DNA of 63,956 bases, filler included, from Octopus bimaculoides (Eukaryota), in NCBI RefSeq assembly GCF_001194135.2. It is 6 parts of 6 records of this genome, joined end to end, with 100 filler letters (N's around TTAATTAATTAA, not from the genome) between each part and the next. Parts side by side here need not be neighbours in the genome. Positions count along the whole stretch, not along the records: positions 47,548 to 59,512 come from NW_026307429.1; positions 59,613 to 61,837 come from NW_026382714.1; positions 61,938 to 63,956 come from NW_026408253.1; 3 more parts are not named here. The stretch is one strand, 5' to 3'. Made by a program: the position numbers and the translations under genes. Shown in pieces: positions 53,706 through 63,956 of the stretch; the stretch's first letter is position 1; every line of letters starts with the position of its first letter. Below the pieces are notes generated by a model. That model had not been told where the DNA came from. It was given only the letters and a program-made list of their open reading frames with translations, and did no database searches.

Positions 53706-53960
53706 GGGCATATGGCGTAGTGGTTAAGAGCGCGGGCTACTAACCCCAAGGTTCCAAGTTCGATTCACGGCAGCGACCTGATTAATAATAGTAATAATAA
53801 TAATAATATAATAATAGTAACATCGTTAGGAATGAGAACCCAGGTTCGAAATTTCCCCAAGACACCTGACGAAGGCTGGAGGGTATATCAGCCGAAACGT
53901 TGTGTTGACAACAAACAAGATGAGGACAAATATCCGTCAAATGTAAATAATGTAAATAAC
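53706..53960 (+). mobile_element. tRNA-headed SINE-like element carrying a hammerhead ribozyme
   Basis: tRNA-like head 53706-53780 with A box tggcgtagtgg (53713-53723) and B box gttcgattc (53758-53766), an (ATA)n linker, a body with the hammerhead at 53861-53906, and an (ATGTAAATA)2 tail. Confidence 0.8.
53861..53906 (+). ncRNA. Minimal type I hammerhead ribozyme motif (family 1)
   Basis: Stem I GACAC/GUGUU, core CUGACGA plus an extra A, stem II GGCUG/CAGCC, GAAA, loopless palindromic stem III AACGUU; predicted cleavage after 53901. Confidence 0.82.
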
Positions 53961-53978
53961 AATAATAATAATAATAAT

Positions 53979-54370
53979 CATCGTTTAACGTCCGCTTTCC
54001 CTGCTAGCATGGGTTGGACGATTTGACTGAGGACTGGTGAAACCAGATGGTTGCACCAGGCTCCAATCAAATTTGGCTGAGTTTCTACAGCTGGATGCCC
54101 TTCCTAATGCCAACCACTCCGAGAGTGTAGTGGGTGCTTTTACGTGCCACCAGCACGAAGACCAGTCAGGCGGTACTGGCGACGATATATATATATCATC
54201 ATTATCATCATCATCGTTTAACGTCCGCTTTCCATGCTAGCATGGGTTGGACGATTTGACTGAGGACTGGTGAACCAGATGGCTACACCAGGCTCCAATC
54301 TGATTTGGCAGAGTTTCTACAGCTGGATGCCCTTCCTAATGCCAACCACCCCAAGAGTGTAGTGGATGCT
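53979..54370 (-). mobile_element. Two tandem copies of SINE family C (53979-54182 and 54215-54370) with (GAT)n tails
   Basis: Both read tttaacgtccgctttcc(c/a)tgctagcatgggttggacg...ggatgcccttcctaatgccaacc; a third copy is at 55683-55849; tail-only fragments at about 48168 and 57150. Confidence 0.85.
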
Positions 54371-54372
54371 TA

Positions 54373-54558
54373 ATAAAAGATCTTGAAATAAAAATTAGCA
54401 AAACGTAGAACCTGAAGACTAAAACAACAATACCTCTTGTCATAGGTGCCCTGGGAATGATAGCAAAAGCGGCTGATTTTTACCTAGCTCAGATACCAGG
54501 AAACCCCAAAATGGCAGAAATTCAAAAGATAGTGATCATGTGAACTGCCCACATTTTC
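54373..54558 (+). mobile_element. Short 3' fragment of an R4/Dong-like element (same family as 1347-2066)
   Basis: KDLEIKISKT*NLKTKTTIPLVIGALGMIAKAADFYLAQIPGNPKMAEIQKIVIM; near-identical DNA to the reverse complement of about 1560-1740. Confidence 0.85.
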
Positions 54559-54716
54559 TGCTACAACAATACTCGCTGCCTTGATCAAATTATTTGTTTC
54601 TGCCATGTTTTTTGTTCTGACGTATTTCAGAATTTCGTTCACATTTTTCATTCCTTGGTTCATTTTCCACTGATCAACCTTTTTAAGGTTGCAAATAATG
54701 TCGCTATCATTATCCT

Positions 54717-55096
54717 GTTGTTGTTGGCACTCCGTTGCTTACGACGTCAAGGGTTCCAGTTGATCTGATCAACGGAACAGCCTGCTCGTGAAATTAACGT
54801 GCAAATGGCTGAGCACTCCACAGACACATGTACCCTTAACGTAGTTCTCGGGGGATATTCAGCGTGATACAAGGCTGACCCTTTGAAATACAGGCACAAC
54901 AGAAACAGGAAGAAAGAGTGAGAGAAAGTTGTGGTGAAAGAGTACAGCAGGGTTCGCCACCATCCCCTGCCGGAGCCTCGTGGAGCTTTAGGTGTTTTCA
55001 CTCAATAAACACTCGCAACGCCCGGTCTGGGAATCGAAACCGCGATCCTATGACCGCGAGTCCGCTGCCCTAACCACTGGGCCATTGCGCCTCCAC
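54717..55096 (-). mobile_element. SINE family D (~380 bp, tRNA-Arg-like head, (CAA)n tail), possibly related to the octopus OR SINEs
   Basis: Minus-strand head ggcgcaatggcccagtggttagggcagcggactcgcggtcataggatcgcggtttcgattccc (A/B boxes, TCG in the anticodon loop); tail ...ggagtgccaacaac. Confidence 0.8.
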
Positions 55097-55261
55097 CATT
55101 ATCCTGTAGCCTTTATTCTGCCATTCTTCCACTTGTTATTTTTTTAAAAATTTTTGTACATCTATGTGTTTGATACGTGTCTTTATATATACACATATGG
55201 GCCTTGTGATTAAAAAATGAGAAGCTGAGCTGACCCCTAACAAGGATAAGGGTCTACTTAC

Positions 55262-55400
55262 GTGTATCCCAGCATATGGCACACAACGTTGGCCTCTCTC
55301 AGGTCCCAGTCGTCATCACACACTGTGCCCCATTGACCTCCATAAAACACCTCCACACGACCAACATTTGGTACATCTCCTCCGACCAGACGTATTGTCC
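55262..55400 (-). CDS. SRCR gene coding exon 2 (SRCR domain 1, N-terminal half)
   Basis: Acceptor tttatattttcag, donor cac|gtaagt, 139 nt, phase 1 to 2: [45 protein letters not shown]. Confidence 0.95.
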
Positions 55401-55444
55401 CTGAAAATATAAACAAGAGAAAATGGTTAAAAATACAGTGATAT

Positions 55445-55661
55445 ACAAGGGGCCGTGGGAAAGTTCCTGGCTTTGGGTAAAAGAAAATACTCAATAATCA
55501 GTTGATTATGATTTTATTCAACATATTCCCCTCTCAGATCCACACACTTATTGCAGCGGTCCTTCAGTTTTTCTAAGCCCTGTAGAACTTGGAGAGTTGG
55601 GCCTCCAACCAGGTTTTTCGTGATACCCTTAAAACTAGGAACTTTAAAGCACCCCCTTGTG
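55445..55661 (-). mobile_element. Mariner-derived MITE
   Basis: Reverse-complement homologue of 49525-49735; ends caagggg / ccccttg with TA flanks. Confidence 0.75.
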
Positions 55662-55682
55662 TATATATGTATCATCATCGTC

Positions 55683-55849
55683 GTTTAACGTCCGCTTTCC
55701 ATGCTAGCATGGGTTGGACGATTTGACTGAGGACTAGTGAAACCGGATGGCAACACCAGGCTCCAATCTGATTTGGCAGAGTTTCTACAGCTGGATGCCC
55801 TTCCTAACACCAACCACTCAGAGAGTGTAGCGGGTGCTTTTACGTGTCA
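55683..55849 (-). mobile_element. SINE family C (ends in a gap)
   Basis: Near-identical to 53979-54182. Confidence 0.85.
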
Positions 55850-56490
55850 NNNNNNNNNNNNNNNNNNNNNNNNNNNNNNNNNNNNNNNNNNNNNNNNNNN
55901 NNNNNNNNNNNNNNNNNNNNNNNNNNNNNNNNNNNNNNNNNNNNNNNNNNNNNNNNNNNNNNNNNNNNNNNNNNNNNNNNNNNNNNNNNNNNNNNNNNNN
56001 NNNNNNNNNNNNNNNNNNNNNTAATTGCTTAATTTGCTTTTCAAGTATCTTGAATTAGTATATTACATGGTTGCATATATGTATGATTCTGTAATAAATG
56101 TATTCAGTATACATGTCATCTTTAATACCCAAATATTAATATTATACACGTACCTACTGGTGTAATCCAATGAATCAGTATAGAGTGGATCAGAAACTGG
56201 TGCAAACAATTTGAACACAGTCCTACCAATAGTTTCATGAAGCAAGACAAGATTCACAAATTAAAGAAAATACTAGCAGTGTATTTTATAACAACAGTTT
56301 TAATATATCAGAATATAATATTATACACATTATAAGTAAATCTGTTTCAAGTAAATGGTGTTATTATAGTTTACCTGACACCATGTTAGTTACTATAAAA
56401 TAACCAACGCCTTAGTCACGTCACTGTGGTTGTTTACATCAGCAAGATACATTTGATGTTTATTATTGAATGTATGTATGTATATATGAA

Positions 56491-56703
56491 AGGTTGCTGG
56501 AAAGTTCCTGGTTTTGGGTAAAAAAAAATACTGGAGGATCAGGTAATTATGATTTCAGTCAACATATTCCCCTCTCAGATTCACACACTTATTACAGCAG
56601 TCCTTGAGATTTTCTAAGCCCTGTAAAAAGTACTCGGAAGGTTGGGCCTCCAACTGGACCTTTTGTGACACCCTTAAAGTCAGGAACATTTCTGCAACAC
56701 CCC
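56491..56703 (-). mobile_element. Mariner-derived MITE
   Basis: Homologous to 55445-55661; the remnant frame LKDCCNKCVNLRGEYVD* matches the mariner transposase C-terminus. Confidence 0.75.
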
Positions 56704-56981
56704 ATACACTAACACAAACACACACATAGACATACCTACATACATAAACCCACTCACACAAACAGAGATATTTTAAGATCCATCAGAGCGAAAGAAACAC
56801 ATACATATTTGACACCGCTAAGCAAGAAGAATAAAAAATGCATATACAACAGATATATAAAACAAACAATATATATACATATATAAATGCAGACGTGTGG
56901 CCGTGTGGTAAAAGAAGAGTTGGTGACCTTCTGCATTTTCTGTTTGCCTGTGTATTTAGTATATATTCATTTGTTTATTTA

Positions 56982-57014
<33 letters not shown>

Positions 57015-57016
<2 letters not shown>

Positions 57017-57368
57017 GCATAGGAGTGGCTGTGTGATAAGTAGCTTGCTTACCAACCACATGCTTCTGGGTTCAGTCCTACCTTGGGCAAGTGTCTTTTA
57101 ATATAGCCTTGGGCCAACCAAAGCCTTGTGAGTGGATTTGGTAGACAACATGGAGAGGGGACATTAAACGATGATGATGATGATGATACATACATACATA
57201 CATATATACATACAATGGGCTTCTTTCTGTTTCTATCTACCAAATCCACTCAGAAGGCTTAGATCAGCCCAGGGTTAGTTACAACAGAAGACATTTATTC
57301 AAGGTGCCCCATAGCAGGACTGAACCAAGAACCATGTGACTGGGAAACAAACTTCTTAACCACACACC
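57015..57368. mobile_element. Inverted pair of SINE family B copies (57015-57148 plus; 57217-57368 minus)
   Basis: gtgagtggatttggtagac on the left versus tctaccaaatccactc on the right; ggttcagtcct versus aggactgaacc. Confidence 0.8.
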
Positions 57369-57435
57369 AATTAATTACTAATTTAAAAAAAAAAAAATAC
57401 CCAATTCCTTAATTAGGCAATTAGAAACAAACGGC

Positions 57436-57664
57436 GGTAACCTGGCAGAATCGTTAGCACGCCGGGAGAAGTGCTTAGCAGTATTTCATCTGCCGTTACG
57501 TTCTGAGTTCAAATTCCACCGAGGGCGACTTTGCCTTTCATCCTTCCGGGGGACGATAAATTAAGTACCAGTTACACACTGAGGTCGATGTAATCGACTT
57601 AATCCCTATGTCTGTCCTTGTTTGTCCCCTCTATGTTTAGACCCCTGTGGGCAATAGAGAAATA
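57436..57664 (+). mobile_element. SINE family A, full length with a 13-bp target-site duplication
   Basis: agaaacaaacggc at 57423-57435 and at 57665-57677 flanks the element. Confidence 0.9.
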
Positions 57665-57729
57665 AGAAACAAACGGCCAAATTCCTTTTGTTACAGAAAT
57701 AGAAAAGAACAACCAAAAGTGCCACCTAC

Positions 57730-57874
57730 CTGTATAGTCAGAAGTTACTTGTTGAGTATGAGGTAAGTCGGTCTCTGTTTGGGATTCAGTTGGCACCTCC
57801 AGCATGGCCATCACTGCAGAAGCCTGCAGAACCAGCTGCATCATGTGCATTGTAGCCCCTGCGTTGATCTTCAT
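57730..57874 (-). CDS. SRCR gene first coding exon (leader/signal-like peptide plus T/E/Q-rich spacer)
   Basis: caaacaaaATG context; MKINAGATMHMMQLVLQASAVMAMLEVPTESQTETDLPHTQQVTSDYT; donor cag|gtaggt in phase 1, which joins exon 2 in frame (GGG=Gly). Confidence 0.75.
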
Positions 57875-58579
57875 TTTGTTTGCTTTAAACAGTTTTGTCG
57901 TTGTTGTTCTTCTTAAGATGATGTCAACAATGACGAAGATACCAGCTATTATTATTATTATTATTATTATTATTTTCCTTTCTTATCTTCTTCAAGGTTT
58001 TTTTTTTTTGTTTTGTCCTGTTTTTTTGTTTTTCAGAGAGAAGGGAGGGAAAAAAACAAGCAAAGCACACACAAATCAAATAGGAATCACCCTTGGAAGA
58101 CAAGATCTCTTAAGCAAGTCTTTCAACTTCACCCGCCTCCTAAAACGTAAATTTCATTCACTGACCACTACTGGCCAAAAAAGCAAGAAAACCCCCCCAG
58201 AAAATACAGAGGGAGTAAGAATCCTGACCCCTATAAGATAAAATTTTTTTTAAATATGGATATAAAAGAAATTCAGACCCCTACAAATACACTCACACTT
58301 TCTTTTTCTTTCGTCTGTCTCCTGAGGTTGGGACATTGGCAGTAGAGCCAGCTTTTAGTTCTTTGTATCTCTGTCCAACCGTCTCTCTTTACTTGTGGCT
58401 TCTGTTTGTTTCCAATGTACTTTAGTACAATATTAACATATGATTGTCTGTCCCTCTGAACGAGTATATATATATATGTATATATGTATGTATGTATGTA
58501 TAAACTCAACCAGCACAATCAAAGAATCAGCAAAGACCCAGCCAGTTTAACTACACACACATCTGTATACACACTCACA

Positions 58580-58630
<51 letters not shown>

Positions 58631-59159
58631 GCGCACACACTCACAAATGTACTCGTACTCACATACACTTAATTACAGGTAGATGTGTAGAGGAGGATCT
58701 ACAGTAATTAAAACAGGGATTTTTTTTACAATTATTAATTAACTGCCTCACTCCCTTCATACAGATGAAGAGACACACAGACAGACTGCCAGACGCACAG
58801 ACATAGATAGGTAAGTAACTAGATTTATACATACACTCCTATTTCTCTCACCCTCTCTGTGTATATATTATCATATGTATATATTATATATACACACACA
58901 TATATATATATATATATACACACACTCACACGGTCTCTAAGTGCCCGTCTTTCTCTCTCAGACTATCTCTGTAGCAAAATCATTTCATCAAACCTAATCC
59001 CTCATCCAGTCGTCACAGGTTCAGTTCCAGCCGGAGATGTATCTATATTCAAACACTTCTTGACAGCACACTGTATGTCGCCACTCCAAAGGTGCCCTTC
59101 CACCCTGTCTTCTCTGTATCTCTTTATGTGTCTCTCTCTCTCTCTCTCTGGTTAGTCTT

Positions 59160-59250
59160 CACCTTGCAAGTTCGACTGAATTGCGCGCGCGGGCCATTAG
59201 GTATATGTACTGCAGTCATGTGATGTCACATGACTGCTGCTCAACCAATC
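59160..59250 (-). promoter_or_regulatory. Candidate promoter of the SRCR gene
   Basis: Inr-like TCAGTC (59179-59174, minus), CpG run gcgcgcgc, 26-bp palindrome gcagtcatgtga-tg-tcacatgactgc (59212-59237), CCAAT at 59245-59249. Confidence 0.45.
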
Positions 59251-59378
59251 AAAGTTCTCATCTGCTGCAACACATTGTTCTCTTTTTCTATGGCCTCTGA
59301 AATTCTTCATCTATCTAGATGTGCCATATATGTGAATATAGATAAATACACACACACACATATATATGTGTGTATGTA

Positions 59379-59415
<37 letters not shown>

Positions 59416-59728
59416 GCACACATTCATACACATGCATACATACACCTTACATAGATTTCTCTGTGTGTGTGTGTAGGTATATCTATCTATCTATCCATAT
59501 ATATATATATATNNNNNNNNNNNNNNNNNNNNNNNNNNNNNNNNNNNNNNNNNNNNTTAATTAATTAANNNNNNNNNNNNNNNNNNNNNNNNNNNNNNNN
59601 NNNNNNNNNNNNAAAACTCACACTCACATATACATATGAACACACACACATATACATATATATACATATATATATATCCATATATATATATCCATATATC
59701 AATACATACACATATTCATATACATATG

Positions 59729-59808
<80 letters not shown>

Positions 59809-59999
59809 CACATATACAAACGCATACACATATATATGCATCTACGCCTATAAACATACATATACACACATATACATATATATACATACATATATACAAA
59901 TACATATATATATATATATATATATATACATACACATATACACATATATATATATACGCAAATACACACACACGTACATATACATGCATATACATGCAT

Positions 60000-60032
<33 letters not shown>

Positions 60033-61937
60033 AAAGATAATAAGAGTGAAAAAACTACAGAAGGCTTGTGTTACATGGTTAAAGTATATATTTAAATTAT
60101 GTCAGAAAAATGTAAGAAAAATGTTATAAAATCTGTTTGGTATATAAACATTGTATTTTGAGAAATAACCGGTTTCGTGTTGTCTTTTCAAATTTCTCTA
60201 CTTCATTGTGTCGTGTTCGTTCCAGTCTGAGAAAGAAGAGTTCTAGATAGGGGGAGGTAATTAGGGATTTCTTCCGGTATAGGGGAGATAATCGAAATCT
60301 AGGAGGTGGTAGAATTTGATTAATTTACCATGGTTTTGTTCTATATTTTNNNNNNNNNNNNNNNNNNNNNNNNNNNNNNNNNNNNNNNNNNNNNNNNNNN
60401 NNNNNNNNNNNNNNNNNNNNNNNNNNNNNNNNNNNNNNNNNNNNNNNNNNNNNNNNNNNNNNNNNNNNNNNNNNNNNNNNNNNNNNNNNNNNNNNNNNNN
60501 NNNNNNNNNNNNNNNNNNNNNNNNNNNNNNNNNNNNNNNNNNNNNNNNNNNNNNNNNNNNNNNNNNNNNNNNNNNNNNNNNNNNNNNNNNNNNNNNNNNN
60601 NNNNNNNNNNNNNNNNNNNNNNNNNNNNNNNNNNNNNNNNNNNNNNNNNNNNNNNNNNNNNNNNNNNNNNNNNNNNNNNNNNNNNNNNNNNNNNNNNNNN
60701 NNNNNNNNNNNNNNNNNNNNNNNNNNNNNNNNNNNNNNNNNNNNNNNNNNNNNNNNNNNNNNNNNNNNNNNNNNNNNNNNNNNNNNNNNNNNNNNNNNNN
60801 NNNNNNNNNNNNNNNNNNNNNNNNNNNNNNNNNNNNNNNNNNNNNNNNNNNNNNNNNNNNNNNNNNNNNNNNNNNNNNNNNNNNNNNNNNNNNNNNNNNN
60901 NNNNNNNNNNNNNNNNNNNNNNNNNNNNNNNNNNNNNNNNNNNNNNNNNNNNNNNNNNNNNNNNNNNNNNNNNNNNNNNNNNNNNNNNNNNNNNNNNNNN
61001 NNNNNNNNNNNNNNNNNNNNNNNNNNNNNNNNNNNNNNNNNNNNNNNNNNNNNNNNNNNNNNNNNNNNNNNNNNNNNNNNNNNNNNNNNNNNNNNNNNNN
61101 NNNNNNNNNNNNNATATATACTTAGAAGTAATTATATACCAGAAATCTTTATCCACCTTTGGAAACACCCTTTCCCAATACATAAAAGAAAACCATGTGG
61201 TTGGTAAGTAAGTTACTTACTACACAGCCACACCTGCACCAATATATTCACAAGAACAAAGCTGGTAAGTCATGATGTACTTACTGCCCTTACTCTCTTA
61301 CTGCACAGAATTCAAGGTTGTTTTATACGTAGATTAACATCTGAATACTTCGTCAAACCTGTTTAGCCACTTTCAGAGCTAATCTAAAAATTGTATTAAA
61401 ATGAAAAAATTGTGCTACGCACTTTAACGTGCAGTCTACCGTAGAATTCTGTCTACGCTGAGAAACTACATTTAACTTGCAGTATACCTTCAATTAACCT
61501 TTTACACATAAGCGTGCGATCTACGACTCCTATAAGACCGTTAAAGTAGAGCATGATAAAAAGAAATTGAGTAACATTGAATAATGCCGTCTACATGACG
61601 CTACCACTTCAATGACATTTGTCTGCTTCTTGTGAAGTACCTAGGAGATTGTTTTCTTGTAAAAATACAACTGCTGTTTCCTCTGTAAAAATTATACGGC
61701 TATAGAGACTCTTTAACAGCATTGTAATGGTTAAAATTAACCCAGGTTAAGAGGGTAAGAAAAGTAATTTAACGGCGTAGACAGGATACTCTTTGAAGAG
61801 GAATTCTGAACCTTCTAGAATGTTTGGGCATGTTGCANNNNNNNNNNNNNNNNNNNNNNNNNNNNNNNNNNNNNNNNNNNNTTAATTAATTAANNNNNNN
61901 NNNNNNNNNNNNNNNNNNNNNNNNNNNNNNNNNNNNN

Positions 61938-62760
61938 CATATGCTTCATATAGTAACACTTGAAGATAGCAATTATTCCCTGATCCACTGGCTGCAGAAG
62001 AGATGTGGTGTTTGGAGGCAAGAATATGATGGTAACGTTGGGGTAAAAATCTACGATGTTTTGCAGGTGGCCAAGAGCATTATCTTAGATAAGTAAAACA
62101 TTAAAAGGAATCCCATTCTCCTTACAGTACTTCTCTGCTGCTGGGATAAAATGACTGAAGAACCAATCTTCAAAAACAACAATAGTAAACCATGCTCTTG
62201 AATTAGCCATCCGTATAACAGGGAGAGATGCCTTGGGTATGTTCTTCAGGGTATGAGGGTTGTGTGCATGATATACACACAATGGTTTTAACTTAATTAC
62301 CTCCCAACATAATGGTCACACGTTCATTTGAGACCTTGTAGTTTGGAATAGTTTTCTCCTCCTTCGAAATGAATAAATGGTCTGGCAATTTTTTCCAATA
62401 TAATCCAGTTTCGTCAACATTAAAAATCTGTTNNNNNNNNNNNNNNNNNNNNNNNNNNNNNNNNNNNNNNNNNNNNNNNNNNNNNNNNTCCACTGCTGCT
62501 TGTTCATCAGCTGATGCACTTTCACCTTGCTTCTTAATAGAATGATAACTTCTTCACTCCTTAAATCTCATGAACCATTCCTGACTTGCCTTGAACTCTA
62601 CGGCTTTCTCAGCTGGATATTTTCCTTCAGGTCCTCAATCAAAGACAACACTTTCTCTCAAATGATTTCTTGACTAATAGTAGCACGCTGATGATTCAGC
62701 CTAGCAATCTACAGAGAAAGAAGACATTCCATTTCTTCAAAGATTTTGCCTCTTTTCTTA
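61938..62760 (-). mobile_element. Decayed pogo/Tigger-family DNA transposon (CENP-B-type HTH plus DDE transposase)
   Basis: EFKASQEWFMRFK...GESASADEQAA...QIFNVDETGLYWKKLPD...ERVTIMLGGN...AWFTIVVFEDWF...VLLILDNALGH...FLPPNTTSLLQPVDQGIIAIFK; stops and frameshifts. Confidence 0.92.
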
Positions 62761-63956
62761 TNNNNNNNNNNNNNNNNNNNNNNNNNNNNNNNNNNNNNNN
62801 TATGTGCTAAAATCTTGTCCTTATTATGTACAATTGTCGATACAGTTGTCCAACTCATCTCAAAAAGATCATGCAATTACTACCACTTTTTCACCTTTTC
62901 AATGGTGTTTTANNNNNNNNNNNNNNNNNNNNNNNNNNNNNNNNNNNNNNNNNNNNNNNNNNNNNNNNNNNNNNNNNNNNNNNNNNNNNNNNNNNNNNNN
63001 NNNNNNNNNNNNNNNNNNNNNNNNNNNNNNNNNNNNNNNNNNNNNNNNNNNNNNNNNNNNNNNNNNNNNNNNNNNNNNNNNNNNNNNNNNNNNNNNNNNN
63101 NNNNNNNNNNNNNNNNNNNNNNNNNNNNNNNNNNNNNNNNNNNNNNNNNNNNNNNNNNNNNNNNNNNNNNNNNNNNNNNNNNNNNNNNNNNNNNNNNNNN
63201 NNNNNNNNNNNNNNNNNNNNNNNNNNNNNNNNNNNNNNNNNNNNNNNNNNNNNNNNNNNNNNNNNNNNNNNNNNNNNNNNNNNNNNNNNNNNNNNNNNNN
63301 NNNNNNNNNNNNNNNNNNNNNNNNNNNNNNNNNNNNNNNNNNNNNNNNNNNNNNNNNNNNNNNNNNNNNNNNNNNNNNNNNNNNNNNNNNNNNNNNNNNN
63401 NNNNNNNNNNNNNNNNNNNNNNNNNNNNNNNNNNNNNNNNNNNNNNNNNNNNNNNNNNNNNNNNNNNNNNCTATGATGGCCTTCAGGGGTGTCTCCAGGC
63501 CAAGGTGATGATCAAGACACGTGCTGGAAGATCTACCCAGGGACACGGTGGAACGCATCGGTTATGTTCCGGAGCCGTCTTCATGTCATGGTGATACCTG
63601 AGAGTGGCCACTTTATTTTTTAATTTTTATAAAATACTTTCATTTTGGAGTGTATATTGTGTTTCCTTGTATATAAATTGTCAACATTAGCTCAAACACG
63701 CTGTATGATTGTTATGAATTATAATATCCTATCATTTCTACAATATCAAAAATAGACGGCATAACTACAGAGTTGTACCCACCCCCGACTTTGGAAGGTC
63801 ATAACTTNNNNNNNNNNNNNNNNGGTGGTGTTTCGGAGCAAGTCGTCCATAATTGTTTCATTTTTCTCTATTAAGTGCGTATGTGCATCCGTAGATATTT
63901 CTACTTTACTAGAAACGTTTACTTTGGGATTTACTTCTATTGAGAAAAAAAATCGT

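Noticed and set aside
53706-53780. Possible functional tRNA gene
   Set aside because: A and B boxes are present, but the acceptor and T stems do not pair cleanly and it runs into a repeat body; treated as a SINE head.
61203-61230. Palindrome gtaagtaagttacttac
   Set aside because: Explained by an inverted SINE B head fragment abutting a donor-like motif.
63471-63600. GC-rich fragment after a long gap
   Set aside because: Too short and truncated to assign to an exon or element.

Overview
Eukaryotic, AT-rich, gap-ridden draft-assembly window. The microsatellite load and tRNA-derived SINE families suggest a cephalopod (Octopus-like) genome; this is inference, no database search was run. Almost all long ORFs in the supplied track are artefacts of microsatellites or N-gaps. 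One gene can be built by hand with confidence: a minus-strand scavenger-receptor cysteine-rich (SRCR, group A) gene with five coding exons (57730-57874, 55262-55400, 53243-53409, 51611-51749, 49991-50157). It encodes a leader plus two tandem SRCR domains, each split into identical 139+167 nt exons; its 3' end is unresolved and a candidate promoter lies near 59.2 kb. The rest is mobile DNA: four R4/Dong-like RLE non-LTR retrotransposon fragments, a Penelope-like RT/GIY-YIG remnant, a pogo/Tigger transposase remnant, mariner- and hAT-type MITEs, and at least five SINE families. The most striking signal is five hammerhead-ribozyme motifs (CUGANGA...GAAA, minimal type I) from at least three unrelated sequence families. 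One family is a tRNA-headed SINE-like element carrying a hammerhead, present as a 165-bp head-to-head inverted repeat in an SRCR intron. Three more motifs are clustered at 15.5-17.8 kb. A few orphan exon candidates are reported at low confidence.
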